DNA of 38,735 bases from Dehalococcoidales bacterium (GCA_016284035.1 JAEEOC010000069.1:1-38735); one strand, 5' to 3'. Positions 1 to 9,883 are shown, numbered from the stretch's first letter. A program made the numbers and translations. The notes: a model not told the origin generated them from the sequence alone.

Positions 1-8
1 CTTGCCGT

Positions 9-38
9 TTGTAATCAAAATGATCTTAACTCTTTAAT
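9..38 (+). promoter_or_regulatory. weak candidate promoter (TTGTAA-18 nt-TTTAAT) ending 7 nt before the ATG at 46
   Basis: TTGTAA at 9-14 and TTTAAT at 33-38. There is no Shine-Dalgarno between it and the ATG. It lies at the window edge, so upstream context is missing. Confidence 0.2.
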
Positions 39-45
39 AAAAACA

Positions 46-510
46 ATGACTGATTTTGCTAACGAGTTTGCAGAACAATTCACTGAGGATTACTTTGCAT
101 ACGGATCAAATATGGATGTCAATCAAATGTCTCATAGGTGTCCTAATGCTGTGCTTAAAGGTGTTGGTGTCCTTAAAGATTATTGTTTCGATCTTGATTC
201 GAAAGGATATGCTACGATTCGACCATTGCCTGGGAGTTCTGTTCAAGGAATTATTTGGAAAGTATTTAATAGCGATGTAGAAGCTCTCGATAGATACGAA
301 GGTGTTGAAATTGACTGTTATTCTAAAGAATACCTACCAGTTACCATGGAAGGCGATACAAAAGAAATGTTAGTTTATATATCTAACAGAGAAAGGTTCA
401 ATGGTAAGCTTAAATCACATGATGAATATATGAATAAAGTCATTGATGCTGCAGAATTCCATGGTCTTGATAAAGAATACATCTCTTCACTTAGAGCATT
501 CATTAGTTAA
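46..510 (+). CDS. gamma-glutamylcyclotransferase-like (AIG2/GGACT fold) protein
   Basis: 154-aa ORF with the N-terminal YFAYGSNM motif and an LDRYEGVE motif typical of the GGCT/AIG2-like fold. Followed by a strong terminator. Confidence 0.75.
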   Translation: MTDFANEFAEQFTEDYFAYGSNMDVNQMSHRCPNAVLKGVGVLKDYCFDLDSKGYATIRPLPGSSVQGIIWKVFNSDVEALDRYEGVEIDCYSKEYLPVTMEGDTKEMLVYISNRERFNGKLKSHDEYMNKVIDAAEFHGLDKEYISSLRAFIS

Positions 511-514
511 TTTG

Positions 515-554
515 AAAAAAAGCCGGTCTCATTAATTTGAGACCGGCTTTTTTT
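515..554. terminator. bidirectional rho-independent terminator between convergent genes
   Basis: A-run 515-521, 10-bp stem agccggtctc (521-530) / gagaccggct (539-548), 8-nt loop, T-run 548-554. Confidence 0.8.
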
Positions 555-572
555 GTCAACTGAGTTTAAAGA

Positions 573-1886
573 TTAGAACTTGTGTCCGCAGTTGCCGCAG
601 AACTTAGGTGCGCCATCAGGATATTCCTGACCGCATTCAGGGCACTTAGGAGTGCCTGCAGGCTTTGCTTTACCGCAATCGCCACAGAATTTACCAGTGT
701 TTACAGCACCGCATTCACATTTCCAGCCATCGGCTGCTGCGGGGGCGGGTTTACCTTTACCGCAATTGCCGCAGAACTTGCCGGTATTGACAGTACCGCA
801 TTCACACTTCCAGCCGTCAGCGGGAGCGGCGGCATATCCACCGGCTGCCTGAGCCTGCTGAGCTGCAGCGGCCTGTTCCTGCTGCATCTTGTACTGCTGC
901 ATATTGTTGTTGGAAGCTGAGCCCATGAAACCGCCAGCGGCGTTCATACCGAAGCCCATACCCATGAATGCAGCACCAGCGCCTGCAGAGTTGGAACCAG
1001 CGGCTTCCATACCACGGGCGATGGAACCCTGGACGTAACCTTCTCGGACGGTAGGATCGCCGAGCATGGCACCCTGGTTGCGCATGTTGATGAGTTTGGT
1101 GGATTCTTCGTCGTAGGTGAGGCTGGCGATACCAACGCTCATTACTTCCATACCACGCTTTGCTCGCCATTCCTCATCGAGAGTGGTGGCCATGTACTGG
1201 CTGAGTTCTCGTCCCTTAGAAGGAACATGTGAGATTCGGATGCCATCGATGGACATCTGGTTGATGGCAGACTGAAGAGCGCTTAAGAATTCGGAAAGGT
1301 ACTGTGCATTGATATCAGCGATATCGACAGAAGCCTTATCCTTTGGAATTGCCTCAGAGTAGAAGAGCAGAGGTTCGACGATCTTGATTGAGTAATCGCC
1401 GTGAGCTCTGAGGAAGAGTTCCGCATTGTAGAAGTTATCGAAGTAGTTTACGGGATTACGGGTACCGAATTTGATACCTTTGATTTCCTGGGTATTGATG
1501 AAGAGAACCTTCTGCTTCCCAGAAGGAACACCACCGTACTTGATACGGGAGAATGTTTCTTTAAGTGTTGCTGAGAATTCACCGTTGAGTAAGGTAGGGG
1601 CAGAAGAATTGTTTACCTTGAAGTAACCAGGTTCACCGGTATAGTCGACGACTTTACCGCCGTCTACCAGCATTGCAAACTGATTGGGATAAACATGGAT
1701 GATTGAACCATTGGAAACGATATCCTCGGTTCCGTTCTTGTTCTGGTTTCGTGTGCTGTTAGCTCGAACTTTGACACCTGTGCACATGACTGTGGAGTCA
1801 GACATAGAGTCAGCTTCGAATACTTCCTGATACTGATCAGAGATTGCACCGCCGATTGAACCAGTAATAGCTTTAATCAAGCCCAT
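573..1886 (-). CDS. SPFH/Band-7-like (virion-core-protein-like, YdjI-type) protein with a Gln/Ala-rich linker and three C-terminal zinc-ribbon repeats
   Basis: 437-aa ORF with SD AGGGGGA 8 nt upstream. The N-terminal ~300 aa (MGLIKAITGSIGGAISDQYQEVF...) resembles the SPFH-type COG4260 family. The C-terminus carries DGWKCECG(T/A)VNTGKFCG(N/D)CGK twice plus KCPECGQEYPDGAPKFCGNCGHKF. Confidence 0.75.
   Translation of the reverse strand: MGLIKAITGSIGGAISDQYQEVFEADSMSDSTVMCTGVKVRANSTRNQNKNGTEDIVSNGSIIHVYPNQFAMLVDGGKVVDYTGEPGYFKVNNSSAPTLLNGEFSATLKETFSRIKYGGVPSGKQKVLFINTQEIKGIKFGTRNPVNYFDNFYNAELFLRAHGDYSIKIVEPLLFYSEAIPKDKASVDIADINAQYLSEFLSALQSAINQMSIDGIRISHVPSKGRELSQYMATTLDEEWRAKRGMEVMSVGIASLTYDEESTKLINMRNQGAMLGDPTVREGYVQGSIARGMEAAGSNSAGAGAAFMGMGFGMNAAGGFMGSASNNNMQQYKMQQEQAAAAQQAQAAGGYAAAPADGWKCECGTVNTGKFCGNCGKGKPAPAAADGWKCECGAVNTGKFCGDCGKAKPAGTPKCPECGQEYPDGAPKFCGNCGHKF
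655..835 (-). repeat. in-frame tandem duplication (period 87 bp = 29 aa) encoding two zinc-ribbon units
   Basis: Unit 661-747 aligns base by base with unit 748-834 at roughly 80 percent identity. Most differences fall on third codon positions of the minus-strand frame. A third, more diverged ribbon lies at 573-660. Confidence 0.8.
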
Positions 1887-2044
1887 TGGCGTAGTCCCCC
1901 TTTTCTAAAAAGTAGTTGTCTATATTATATATTCTTTTTTTGACGTTTTACTATATCTTGTCGGTTAAATTTTATTTATAGATTTGTCCGATATAGAACA
2001 TTTGTCTACAATTTAGATACTACTATTGATTTGAGGTGTTCCTA

Positions 2045-2932
2045 ATGAGTGATTTCATTCTGACTTGCTGTACTCCTACTGATCTTCCTGATGGTTGGAT
2101 CGAGAAGCACAACATTCCTGAAGTGCCATTTCATGTCCTGATCGACGGAAGAGATTATCTGGAGGATCATGGCAAGACCATTCCTTATAAAGTCTTCTAT
2201 GACATGTTACGCAAGGGCACACTACCAACGACTTCTCAGCCTAGTGTTGCCCAGTATATCGAGTTCTTCGAACCGCTTGTCAAAGAAGGCAAGAAGATCT
2301 TGCATCTGGCATTCTCATCCGGTATCTCCGGCGCCTATAACTGTGCCTGTCTTGCCCGAAAACAACTGTTAGAAAAGTATCCTGACATGCAGCTTCATAT
2401 CGTCGATTCTTTGGCTGCCTGTGGTGGTTACGGTCTCTTCGTAATGTCTGTTTGTCAGCTTCGTGATGACGGATGTTCCTATGAAGACGCGATCGAATGG
2501 GCCGAGAATAACCGTCTTAAGGTCCATCACTGGTTCTATTCATTCGATCTTACACACTTCTATCGTGGCGGACGTATTTCTAAGACTTCTCAGATCTTCG
2601 GCACTCTTTTACAGATATGTCCTCTCATGAATGTCAGCAATGTCGGTAAATTAGTTATCCGTGAAAAATACCGCGGACGCAAAAAGGTATTACTTGAGAT
2701 CTTCAATAAGATGAAGACTTTTGCTGACGGCGGTGTCAGTTATTCCGGAAAATGCATCATCAATCATTCCGACTGTCCTGAAGATGCATTAGAATTAGCT
2801 TCCATGATCGAGGAAGCTTTCCCCAATCTGGACGGAAAGGTGATCGTTGAGCCTATCGGCATGTTGATCGGTTCCCATACCGGACCCGGAACTATTGCTC
2901 TCTTCTTCTACGGCGACGAGAGAGTAGATTAA
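2045..2932 (+). CDS. DegV family fatty-acid-binding protein
   Basis: DegV-like layout (TSQPS motif, GxHxGPG near the C-terminus: IGSHTGPGTIALFF). The ATG at 2045 has GAGG 8 nt upstream; the GTG at 2036 given in the track has no RBS. Confidence 0.85.
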   Translation: MSDFILTCCTPTDLPDGWIEKHNIPEVPFHVLIDGRDYLEDHGKTIPYKVFYDMLRKGTLPTTSQPSVAQYIEFFEPLVKEGKKILHLAFSSGISGAYNCACLARKQLLEKYPDMQLHIVDSLAACGGYGLFVMSVCQLRDDGCSYEDAIEWAENNRLKVHHWFYSFDLTHFYRGGRISKTSQIFGTLLQICPLMNVSNVGKLVIREKYRGRKKVLLEIFNKMKTFADGGVSYSGKCIINHSDCPEDALELASMIEEAFPNLDGKVIVEPIGMLIGSHTGPGTIALFFYGDERVD

Positions 2933-2948
2933 ATCAGCTGATCAATTA

Positions 2949-2976
2949 TCCCAGCCGCAGTGCTGGGATTTTTTTT
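2949..2976 (+). terminator. rho-independent terminator after degV-like gene
   Basis: Stem tcccagc (2949-2955) / gctggga (2962-2968), 6-nt loop, T8 run 2969-2976. Confidence 0.75.
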
Positions 2977-2991
2977 ACTTAGGAGTTGAAT

Positions 2992-3615
2992 ATGAAAGTT
3001 TTAGTATTGAACGGAAGCCCTCATCCTCATGGTTGTACTGCCACTGCACTCGATGAAGTCATAAAAGTCTTGAATGATGAAGATATCGATACCGAAGTTG
3101 TACAGATCGGTTCTCAAAGCGTAAGAGGCTGCATAGGATGTTATAAATGTACAGCCACAGGAAAGTGTGTATTTGATGATCTCGTCAACGAGATCGCTCC
3201 CAAATTCGAAGAATCAGACGGACTTCTGATCGGGAGTCCGGTATATTATTCGTCTCCAAACGGAACTCTCATCTCCTTTTTGGATAGATTGTTCTTCAGC
3301 ACTCATTTCAATAAACAGATGAAAGTCGGCGCAGCAGTTGTCAGCTGCAGGAGAGGCGGCAATACCGCTACATTCGATGTACTTAATAAATACCTATCTA
3401 TATGCGGCATGGCTATTGCAACAAGTACTTACTGGAACATGGTACACGGAAGAAATGCAGACGATGTCTTAAAAGATCTTGAAGGGCTCCAGACCATGCG
3501 TAATTTGGGACATAATATGGCATTTCTAATCAAGTCGATTAAAGATGCTAAAGAAAAATATGGATTACCAATAACAGAGTCGGGCGCCAGAACTAATTTT
3601 TCAGACGGACTTTAA
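2992..3615 (+). CDS. iron-sulfur flavoprotein (Isf-like) / NADPH-dependent FMN reductase family
   Basis: MKVLVLNGSPHPHGCT flavodoxin-like N-terminus. Compact cysteine motif CIGCYKCTATGKC (CX2CX2CX5C) as in Isf-type [4Fe-4S] flavoproteins. AGGAG lies 6 nt upstream of the ATG at 2992. Confidence 0.75.
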   Translation: MKVLVLNGSPHPHGCTATALDEVIKVLNDEDIDTEVVQIGSQSVRGCIGCYKCTATGKCVFDDLVNEIAPKFEESDGLLIGSPVYYSSPNGTLISFLDRLFFSTHFNKQMKVGAAVVSCRRGGNTATFDVLNKYLSICGMAIATSTYWNMVHGRNADDVLKDLEGLQTMRNLGHNMAFLIKSIKDAKEKYGLPITESGARTNFSDGL

Positions 3616-4340
3616 TCTTTAAAGCGAGCTATATCCTTACGTTTATGCTCACTTGATCTGTGCATGCGGTCGATGATCGTCTTTAATCTTTCATCGGCCT
3701 CACCGGTCAAGATGTAATGATCCAGCTCTTTATAAGTAAATCCCATTTCACCTTCATCTGTCTGTCCGTCAAAGAGTGCGGCGGAAGGTGCTTTTGTGAA
3801 GATGAACTCAGGTGCATCCAGATAGTGCAGGAATTCATAGATCTCTGTTACTGTCAGATCTGAGATGGGGTTGAAGTCATGAGCACCGTCGCCCCATTTA
3901 GTGAAATATCCGACATAACCTTCACTGCGGTTACCTGTTCCGGCAACAAGTCTTCCTTCACTGGCTGCTACGGCATAAAGAGTCATCATCCTTATGCGTG
4001 AAGCCAGGTTTATCTTCGCCATCTTGTTGAGTTCGGTTATCTCTGCAAGTTTTTCCAGTTCTACGTTATAGATCGGTGAGAGATCGATATACCTGGTCTC
4101 GATGCCGAAATGACGTCCGATGACATAGGCATCTTCAGCGTCTTCGTTGAAATTCCTCTTCGCAGAACAGGGCATGATTATGCCGACGGTGTTATCACAG
4201 GCCGCTTTGCACAGTGCTCCGACTAATAACGAATCTTTGCCACCGCTGTTTCCGTAGACTATGCCTTTGCATCCGGAATCGGCAAGGAGTTTTCGGATGA
4301 ATTCGACTCTGTCATGGAATTCCAGTTCGTAATCTCTCAT
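3612..4340 (-). CDS. nadE: NH3-dependent NAD+ synthetase (no glutaminase domain)
   Basis: 242 aa with PP-loop GNSGGKDS, GTGNRSE, YFTKWGDG and KAPSAAL...QTDE motifs. The start overlaps the carB stop (TAATG). Confidence 0.85.
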   Translation of the reverse strand: MRDYELEFHDRVEFIRKLLADSGCKGIVYGNSGGKDSLLVGALCKAACDNTVGIIMPCSAKRNFNEDAEDAYVIGRHFGIETRYIDLSPIYNVELEKLAEITELNKMAKINLASRIRMMTLYAVAASEGRLVAGTGNRSEGYVGYFTKWGDGAHDFNPISDLTVTEIYEFLHYLDAPEFIFTKAPSAALFDGQTDEGEMGFTYKELDHYILTGEADERLKTIIDRMHRSSEHKRKDIARFKD

Positions 4341-7300
4341 TATGCTTCGCTTTCATTTATCGTCGATATCTCGGGGATGATCTCTTCAAGTACGTCGAGA
4401 ACGATCCTGACGGTATCTAATGATGTGAACATTGTAACACCATTCTGAATGGCACACTGTCGTATTGCGACTCCGTCTTCATAATGTACGCCTGAAAGAA
4501 TGGCACGGGTATTGATGATGTAACTGACGAAACCTGCCTTTATAACATCAAGGATCTCTTCGCTTCCTTCGGATAGTTTTCCTCTGACACGTGTACGGAT
4601 ACCATGTTCTTTAAGGAAGTTGGCTGTTCCTATCGTTGCTTCGATATTGAATCCGAGTTTATAGAAACGTTTGATCAACGGCAGGGCTTCTTCTTTGTCT
4701 TCATCTGCAAGAGTAACGATGACAGTTCCGTAATCTTTCATATTTACGCCGGAGGCCTGGAGTGCCTTATACATGGCGCGGTTGAGTCTCTTATCATAAC
4801 CAATCGCTTCGCCGGTCGACTTCATTTCGGGAGACAGATATGCATCCATACCGGTGAGTTTCTGGAATGAGAAAGCAGGGGCTTTCACGTACCAACGTTT
4901 GCTCTCAAATGGGCCCATGTCGGTGATCCCCTGATCTTTCAGTGTATGTCCTAGCATGACTTTAGTCGCAATTGTTACAAGGTTTCTGTCGATAGACTTT
5001 GATATGAACGGCACAGAGCGGGAAGCTCTGGGATTGACTTCAATTACGAATACATTATCTTCCTTGTCTACGATGTACTGAATGTTGAAAAGTCCACGTA
5101 TACCGATTCCAAGGCCAAGTCTGCAGGTATAATCTACGATAGTGTCTTTGACCTTCTTTGATATAGAGAACGGAGGATATACTGAAGTAGAATCTCCGGA
5201 ATGGACACCCGTACGCTCAACGAGTTCCATAATGCCGGGGATAAAGACTGATTCACCGTCGCATACAGCATCTACTTCAACTTCCTTGCCGTTCACATAT
5301 TTATCGATAAGTACTGGCTTGTCTTCGTCGACTTCAACTGCATTCTTAAGATACTTTCTTAACATCGTCTCATTGGCGACGATCTCCATAGCGCGTCCGC
5401 CGAGAACGAAGCTGGGACGAACCAGAACAGGATACCCGATGCGTTCGGCCGCTTTCACACCTTCCTCGATATCGGTGACTGTTTCGCCTTTGGGGTTGGG
5501 GATTTCAAGTCTACGGAGCAGATCATTAAAGAGACCTCGGTCTTCAGCTATATCGATGGCTTTGCAGTCAGTACCGATGATCTTAACACCTCGTTTATCG
5601 AGGGATTCAGCTAAGTTTACAGCTGTCTGACCGCCTAGTGTTACGATGACGCCTTCAGGCTTTTCCAAGTGGATGATGTTCATTACATCTTCGCAGGTCA
5701 GTGGCTCGAAATAGAGCTTATCGGCCGTCGTGTAATCAGTCGAAACTGTTTCAGGATTGTTATTAATGACGATTGCCTCGTATCCCATCTCTTTGATGGT
5801 TCGGATAGCGTGTACAGTGGAATAGTCGAATTCTACGCCTTGTCCGATCCTGATGGGGCCAGAACCCAGCACGATGATCTTCTTGCGGTCTGAAACTATA
5901 GATTCATTCTCTTCAGCATATGTCGAATAGAAATAGGGTACGTACGAATCAAACTCCGATGCGCAGGTGTCGATCATCTTATAAACTGGGTAGATATCTT
6001 CCTGTTGTCGGATCTTATAAACATCGTCTTCGGTATTCTTCCAGAGCTCAGCTACATATGAATCAGAGAAGCCCATGCGCTTCGCTTCTTTAAGCAGCTC
6101 TACAGATCCTGGATTAGCTTCCATTTCTCTCTCGAAATCAACGATCTTCTTGATCTTATCCAGAAAGAACATATCTATTTGAGTGATATTGCAGATCCTA
6201 GAATGGTCGACTCCCATCCACATGAGCTGAGATATAGCATACAGTCTGTCGTCAGTACCGTTCTTGATGTATTCCAGGAGGTCATCGACTGTCATATGGT
6301 CAGAATCGAATTTAGGCATATGTATATGGTTCTTATTCTCTTCAAGAGAGCGAATCGCTTTAAGCAGGCTTTCTTCAAATGTCCTTCCAACGCTCATGAC
6401 TTCGCCGGTGGCTTTCATTTGAGTGGACAGTTTATTCATAGCTGCCGGGAATTTATCAAATGGAAATCTCGGCATTTTGGTCACGACATAATCAAGTGTC
6501 GGTTCAAAGCAGGCCGGAGTGTTGGCAAGCTGAATTTCATCGAGATTTAGTCCTACGGCAATCTTGGCTGAAACTCTGGCGATAGGGTAGCCTGAAGCCT
6601 TAGATGCTAGAGCAGATGAACGAGATACTCTTGGATTCACTTCGATGACGTAATATTTGAATGAGTTGGGATCCAAAGCGAACTGGATATTGCATCCGCC
6701 TTTTACGTCTAAAGCCCTGATGATCTTTAGAGCGCTGTCGCGCAGCATATGATATTCCTTGTTGGTCAGTGTCTGGGAAGGTGCCACAACGATGGAGTCT
6801 CCGGTATGGATCCCGACTGGATCGAGATTCTCCATGTTACAGACGGTAATCGCAGTGTCATTGGAATCTCTTATAACTTCATATTCGATTTCTTTGTAGC
6901 CTTTGATACTTTTTTCGATTAATACCTGATGAACCGGTGATAATGCGAGAGCATTCTTCATCATATCCTTGAGTTCTTCGGGGTCATAAGCAAAACCGCC
7001 GCCGGTACCGCCCAAAGTAAAAGCAGGTCTAAGTATCACGGGATAACCGATATCTTCAGCTGCTTTCAGCGCTTCCTCAATGCTGTAGGTGATTTCGGAA
7101 GGTACGACAGGTTCACCGATACGCTGACATAATTCTTTGAATAGTTCACGATCCTCAGCGCATTCGATGCTCTTTGCATCAGTTCCGAGTAGCTCGATCT
7201 CACATTCTTTGAGGACACCTTTCTTTGCGAGCTGCATTGCAAGATTAAGACCGGTCTGTCCGCCGATGCCGGGAACGATGGCATCAGGTCTTTCAAGTCG

Positions 7301-7534
7301 GCAGATGCGGGCAAGATACTGCAGCGTTAATGGTTCCATATAGACCTTATCGGCTATCGTCGTATCAGTCATGATAGTGGCTGGGTTGGAGTTTGCTAAG
7401 ATGACTTCATATCCTTCTTCTTTGAGTGCCAGACACGCCTGTGTACCGGCATAATCGAATTCGGCAGCTTGCCCGATAACGATAGGACCGGAACCAATGA
7501 CAAGGATCTTCTTAAGGTCAGTTCGTTTAGGCAT
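4340..7534 (-). CDS. carB: carbamoyl-phosphate synthase large subunit
   Basis: 1064 aa with a duplicated ATP-grasp architecture, [34 protein letters not shown]-terminus and an MGS-like C-terminal domain. Confidence 0.97.
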   Translation of the reverse strand: MPKRTDLKKILVIGSGPIVIGQAAEFDYAGTQACLALKEEGYEVILANSNPATIMTDTTIADKVYMEPLTLQYLARICRLERPDAIVPGIGGQTGLNLAMQLAKKGVLKECEIELLGTDAKSIECAEDRELFKELCQRIGEPVVPSEITYSIEEALKAAEDIGYPVILRPAFTLGGTGGGFAYDPEELKDMMKNALALSPVHQVLIEKSIKGYKEIEYEVIRDSNDTAITVCNMENLDPVGIHTGDSIVVAPSQTLTNKEYHMLRDSALKIIRALDVKGGCNIQFALDPNSFKYYVIEVNPRVSRSSALASKASGYPIARVSAKIAVGLNLDEIQLANTPACFEPTLDYVVTKMPRFPFDKFPAAMNKLSTQMKATGEVMSVGRTFEESLLKAIRSLEENKNHIHMPKFDSDHMTVDDLLEYIKNGTDDRLYAISQLMWMGVDHSRICNITQIDMFFLDKIKKIVDFEREMEANPGSVELLKEAKRMGFSDSYVAELWKNTEDDVYKIRQQEDIYPVYKMIDTCASEFDSYVPYFYSTYAEENESIVSDRKKIIVLGSGPIRIGQGVEFDYSTVHAIRTIKEMGYEAIVINNNPETVSTDYTTADKLYFEPLTCEDVMNIIHLEKPEGVIVTLGGQTAVNLAESLDKRGVKIIGTDCKAIDIAEDRGLFNDLLRRLEIPNPKGETVTDIEEGVKAAERIGYPVLVRPSFVLGGRAMEIVANETMLRKYLKNAVEVDEDKPVLIDKYVNGKEVEVDAVCDGESVFIPGIMELVERTGVHSGDSTSVYPPFSISKKVKDTIVDYTCRLGLGIGIRGLFNIQYIVDKEDNVFVIEVNPRASRSVPFISKSIDRNLVTIATKVMLGHTLKDQGITDMGPFESKRWYVKAPAFSFQKLTGMDAYLSPEMKSTGEAIGYDKRLNRAMYKALQASGVNMKDYGTVIVTLADEDKEEALPLIKRFYKLGFNIEATIGTANFLKEHGIRTRVRGKLSEGSEEILDVIKAGFVSYIINTRAILSGVHYEDGVAIRQCAIQNGVTMFTSLDTVRIVLDVLEEIIPEISTINESEA

Positions 7535-8621
7535 TTTCTTTGAACTCCTTCATGTTATTGAGGAATTCTTCAAAGAGATAGCTCGAATCCTGCGGACCGG
7601 GAGCGCTCTCAGGATGATACTGTACAGAAAATACCAGATCTTCCTTGCAGCTTACGCCTTCGACAGTGTCGTCTAAGAGGTTTAAATGGGTTATCTTTAA
7701 GCCGGTGCCCTCTACGCTCTTCTTATCGACAGCATAGCTATGATTCTGAGAAGTGATCTCGATGTGTCCGGTCTCGAGATTCTTTACAGGGTGGTTTCCT
7801 CCGCGGTGTCCGAATTTCAGTTTATAGGTGTTTGCACCATAAGCTAAGGATATGATCTGATGACCTAAGCAGATACCGAAAATGGGATATTTTCCTCTGA
7901 GTTCTTTGATTGTGGCTATAAGCTTTGTTACATCCTGGGGATCGCCCGGGCCGTTGGATAAGAAGATCCCATCAGGTTTCATGAATTCCAGTTCGGATGC
8001 ATCGATATTGTAGGGAACTACTGTGACATTACATCCGTACTGATTGAGTTTTCTGATGATGTTCAGCTTGATGCCGCAATCTATTGCGACAACGTTGTAC
8101 TGATGATTGGATGTACGGGAATACCATCGTTTTGCGCAGCTTACTCTTGATACTGCATCATGAGGGATGGGGGTCTCTCTGATGATGGAAAGAGCCTTAT
8201 CTTTTGTTGTATCGATGGATGTCATGATGACGCGGCGGGAACCGTAGTCTCTGATACTGCGTGTCAGTTTTCTGGTATCGATCCCTGATATGCCGGGGAT
8301 GTCATTCTCTTCCAGATATTCCGAAAGTGTCTTGGTATAACGGAAATTGGAAGGCATATCGTTATAGTCTGCTACGATCATACCGCCCAAAGACGGTTTT
8401 TTAGTCTCAAAATCATCATCGTTTATACCGTAATTTCCGATTAGAGGATAAGTCATGACGACCATCTGATCAGTGTAGGATGGGTCGGAAACGATCTCCT
8501 GATAGCCCACCATGGACGTGTTGAAGACGATCTCACAAACACGGTCAGTCTCGGCACCAAATCCATATCCGTAGTATTCGGAGCCGTCTTCCAGGACTAT
8601 CTTGCGGTCAAATCTCTTCAT
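7527..8621 (-). CDS. carA: carbamoyl-phosphate synthase small (glutaminase) subunit
   Basis: [14 protein letters not shown]...[13 protein letters not shown]-terminal domain and a class-I GATase with GICLGHQ and HPE. The start is uncertain: 8621 ([13 protein letters not shown]) fits homologue N-termini best. Alternatives are 8639 and the track start 8672; none has a good SD. The gene overlaps carB by 8 nt. Confidence 0.93.
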   Translation of the reverse strand: MKRFDRKIVLEDGSEYYGYGFGAETDRVCEIVFNTSMVGYQEIVSDPSYTDQMVVMTYPLIGNYGINDDDFETKKPSLGGMIVADYNDMPSNFRYTKTLSEYLEENDIPGISGIDTRKLTRSIRDYGSRRVIMTSIDTTKDKALSIIRETPIPHDAVSRVSCAKRWYSRTSNHQYNVVAIDCGIKLNIIRKLNQYGCNVTVVPYNIDASELEFMKPDGIFLSNGPGDPQDVTKLIATIKELRGKYPIFGICLGHQIISLAYGANTYKLKFGHRGGNHPVKNLETGHIEITSQNHSYAVDKKSVEGTGLKITHLNLLDDTVEGVSCKEDLVFSVQYHPESAPGPQDSSYLFEEFLNNMKEFKENA

Positions 8622-8720
8622 AATTTGATTACTCGCCATTTGGGTTTTTGTTATTTTAATCCAAATCCACACTCAAATAAACAACCCAATTACGGCAATT
8701 TTTGAAGATGATCTACCGAG

Positions 8721-8749
8721 TTGACAAACTATATTTGATAAAACATAAT
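8721..8749 (+). promoter_or_regulatory. sigma70-type promoter of the gpx/ohrR-like operon
   Basis: TTGACA (8721-8726), 17-nt spacer, CATAAT (8744-8749), about 30 nt upstream of the ATG at 8780. Confidence 0.5.
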
Positions 8750-8779
8750 TTAGTAAAATATATTATCGAGGTCATGATT

Positions 8780-9322
8780 ATGAACTTTTATGATTATTCA
8801 GTTCCTTCAGTTGAACAGGGTGACATCTCAATGGGGAAATACCGAGGGAAGGTCGTCCTTATTGTTAATACAGCCACCGGATGCGGATTCACTCCTCAGT
8901 ACAAAGAACTCGAATCTATGTACGAGAAATATCACGACAAGGGGCTCGAGATCATCGATGTTCCATGCAATCAGTTTCGCGATCAGGCTCCTGGATCCGA
9001 TGAAGAGATCCATCAGTTCTGCACGCTTAACTATAACACCCAGTTCCCTCAGATGAAGAAGTCCGATGTCAATGGTCCCAACGAACTTCCGTTATTCAAA
9101 TACCTAAAATCACAGCAGGGTTTTGTTTCTCTAGGTAAAGGACTAAAGGTGAAAGCTCTTGAGATGGTCGTCAAGATGAATGACAAGGATTACAAGAACA
9201 ATCCTGACATCAAATGGAATTTCACTAAATTCTTAGTCGATCGTACCGGCAATGTAGTTGCCAGATTTGAACCTACTCATGATATGGCTGACGTTGAAAA
9301 ACAGGTGGCTGCTCTTCTTTAA
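8780..9322 (+). CDS. glutathione peroxidase family (Cys-type) thiol peroxidase
   Basis: NTATGCGFTPQY active-site block with a TGC Cys codon, not TGA. Also PCNQF and WNFTKFLVDR motifs. GAGG lies 8 nt upstream of the ATG at 8780; the upstream part of the track ORF is a non-coding extension. Confidence 0.9.
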   Translation: MNFYDYSVPSVEQGDISMGKYRGKVVLIVNTATGCGFTPQYKELESMYEKYHDKGLEIIDVPCNQFRDQAPGSDEEIHQFCTLNYNTQFPQMKKSDVNGPNELPLFKYLKSQQGFVSLGKGLKVKALEMVVKMNDKDYKNNPDIKWNFTKFLVDRTGNVVARFEPTHDMADVEKQVAALL

Positions 9323-9334
9323 AGGAGTAAATCA

Positions 9335-9769
9335 ATGAAAAAAGATCCCGCTGACGAAGCATTGAAACTTGATAATCAGCTTTGCTTTCCTCTCTATGCT
9401 GCCGCAAGGAAGATAACAAATGCTTATGTACCTTATCTCAAACCTCTTGGATTGACTTACACTCAGTATCTTGTTTTTTTGGTCCTTTGGGAAAAAGATT
9501 CTCAGACAGTCGGCGATATCTGTTCACGTCTTTATCTTGATAATGGGACTCTTTCTCCTCTTCTTAAAAAGTTGGAAATAAAAGGATTGATCTCAAAGAT
9601 CAGGACTGAAAAAGATGAGAGGATTGTTACGGTCTCTTTGACAGAAAAGGGTAAGAAGCTGAAGGAAAAAGTTAAAGATGTCCCTTTTGCGATCGGACGC
9701 TGTTTTCCGCTTGAAAGCAAAGATGCAATTGAACTTCACAGGCTGCTTCACGATTTTCTGATCAGCTGA
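9335..9769 (+). CDS. MarR family regulator, OhrR-like (organic hydroperoxide sensing type)
   Basis: 144 aa with the N-terminal LDNQLCFPLYAAAR block carrying the conserved sensing Cys of OhrR-type MarR proteins, plus a winged-helix core. AAGGAG RBS; starts 12 nt after the gpx stop. Confidence 0.75.
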   Translation: MKKDPADEALKLDNQLCFPLYAAARKITNAYVPYLKPLGLTYTQYLVFLVLWEKDSQTVGDICSRLYLDNGTLSPLLKKLEIKGLISKIRTEKDERIVTVSLTEKGKKLKEKVKDVPFAIGRCFPLESKDAIELHRLLHDFLIS

Positions 9770-9805
9770 TATATACGATTATCCCAAAATCTCTTTTCAT
9801 ACGCT

Positions 9806-9840
9806 GAAGCGATCATCATTATGATCGCTTCGGTTTATTT
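9806..9840 (+). terminator. rho-independent terminator after the ohrR-like gene
   Basis: 11-bp stem gaagcgatcat (9806-9816) / atgatcgcttc (9821-9831), 4-nt loop, followed by ggtttattt. Confidence 0.6.
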
Positions 9841-9883
9841 ATCAAATTAAAAATTCTATTTACTAATTGAAAAATAGAAAATA

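Noticed and set aside
582-1170. Track ORFs 582-920 (+), 652-852 (+), 817-1170 (-) and 944-1135 (-) inside the SPFH/zinc-ribbon gene
   Set aside because: These are alternative-frame or antisense shadows of a GC-rich, repetitive coding region. Their translations are low-complexity (Pro/Ala/Arg/Cys runs), while the 437-aa frame has a strong RBS and recognisable domains.
4604-7343. Several 60-160 aa ORFs antisense or out of frame within carB
   Set aside because: carB is unambiguous over its full length. The shadow ORFs have no RBS and no recognisable motifs.
8640-8779. N-terminal extensions given by the track for carA (to 8672) and gpx (from 8702)
   Set aside because: The extra residues (MWIWIKITKTQ..., MKMIYRVDKLYLIKHNLVKYIIEV...) are translations of the AT-rich divergent promoter region. 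The TTGACA-17-CATAAT promoter lies inside the supposed gpx extension, and homologue N-termini fit the shorter starts.
8727-8779. Possible OhrR operator palindrome around the gpx promoter
   Set aside because: I found only short, imperfect AT-rich inverted repeats (GATAA...TTATC type), which are not distinguishable from background in such AT-rich DNA.
8870-8895. Possible selenocysteine in the glutathione peroxidase active site
   Set aside because: The active-site codon is TGC (Cys) within ACC GGA TGC GGA TTC. There is no in-frame TGA and no need for a SECIS element.
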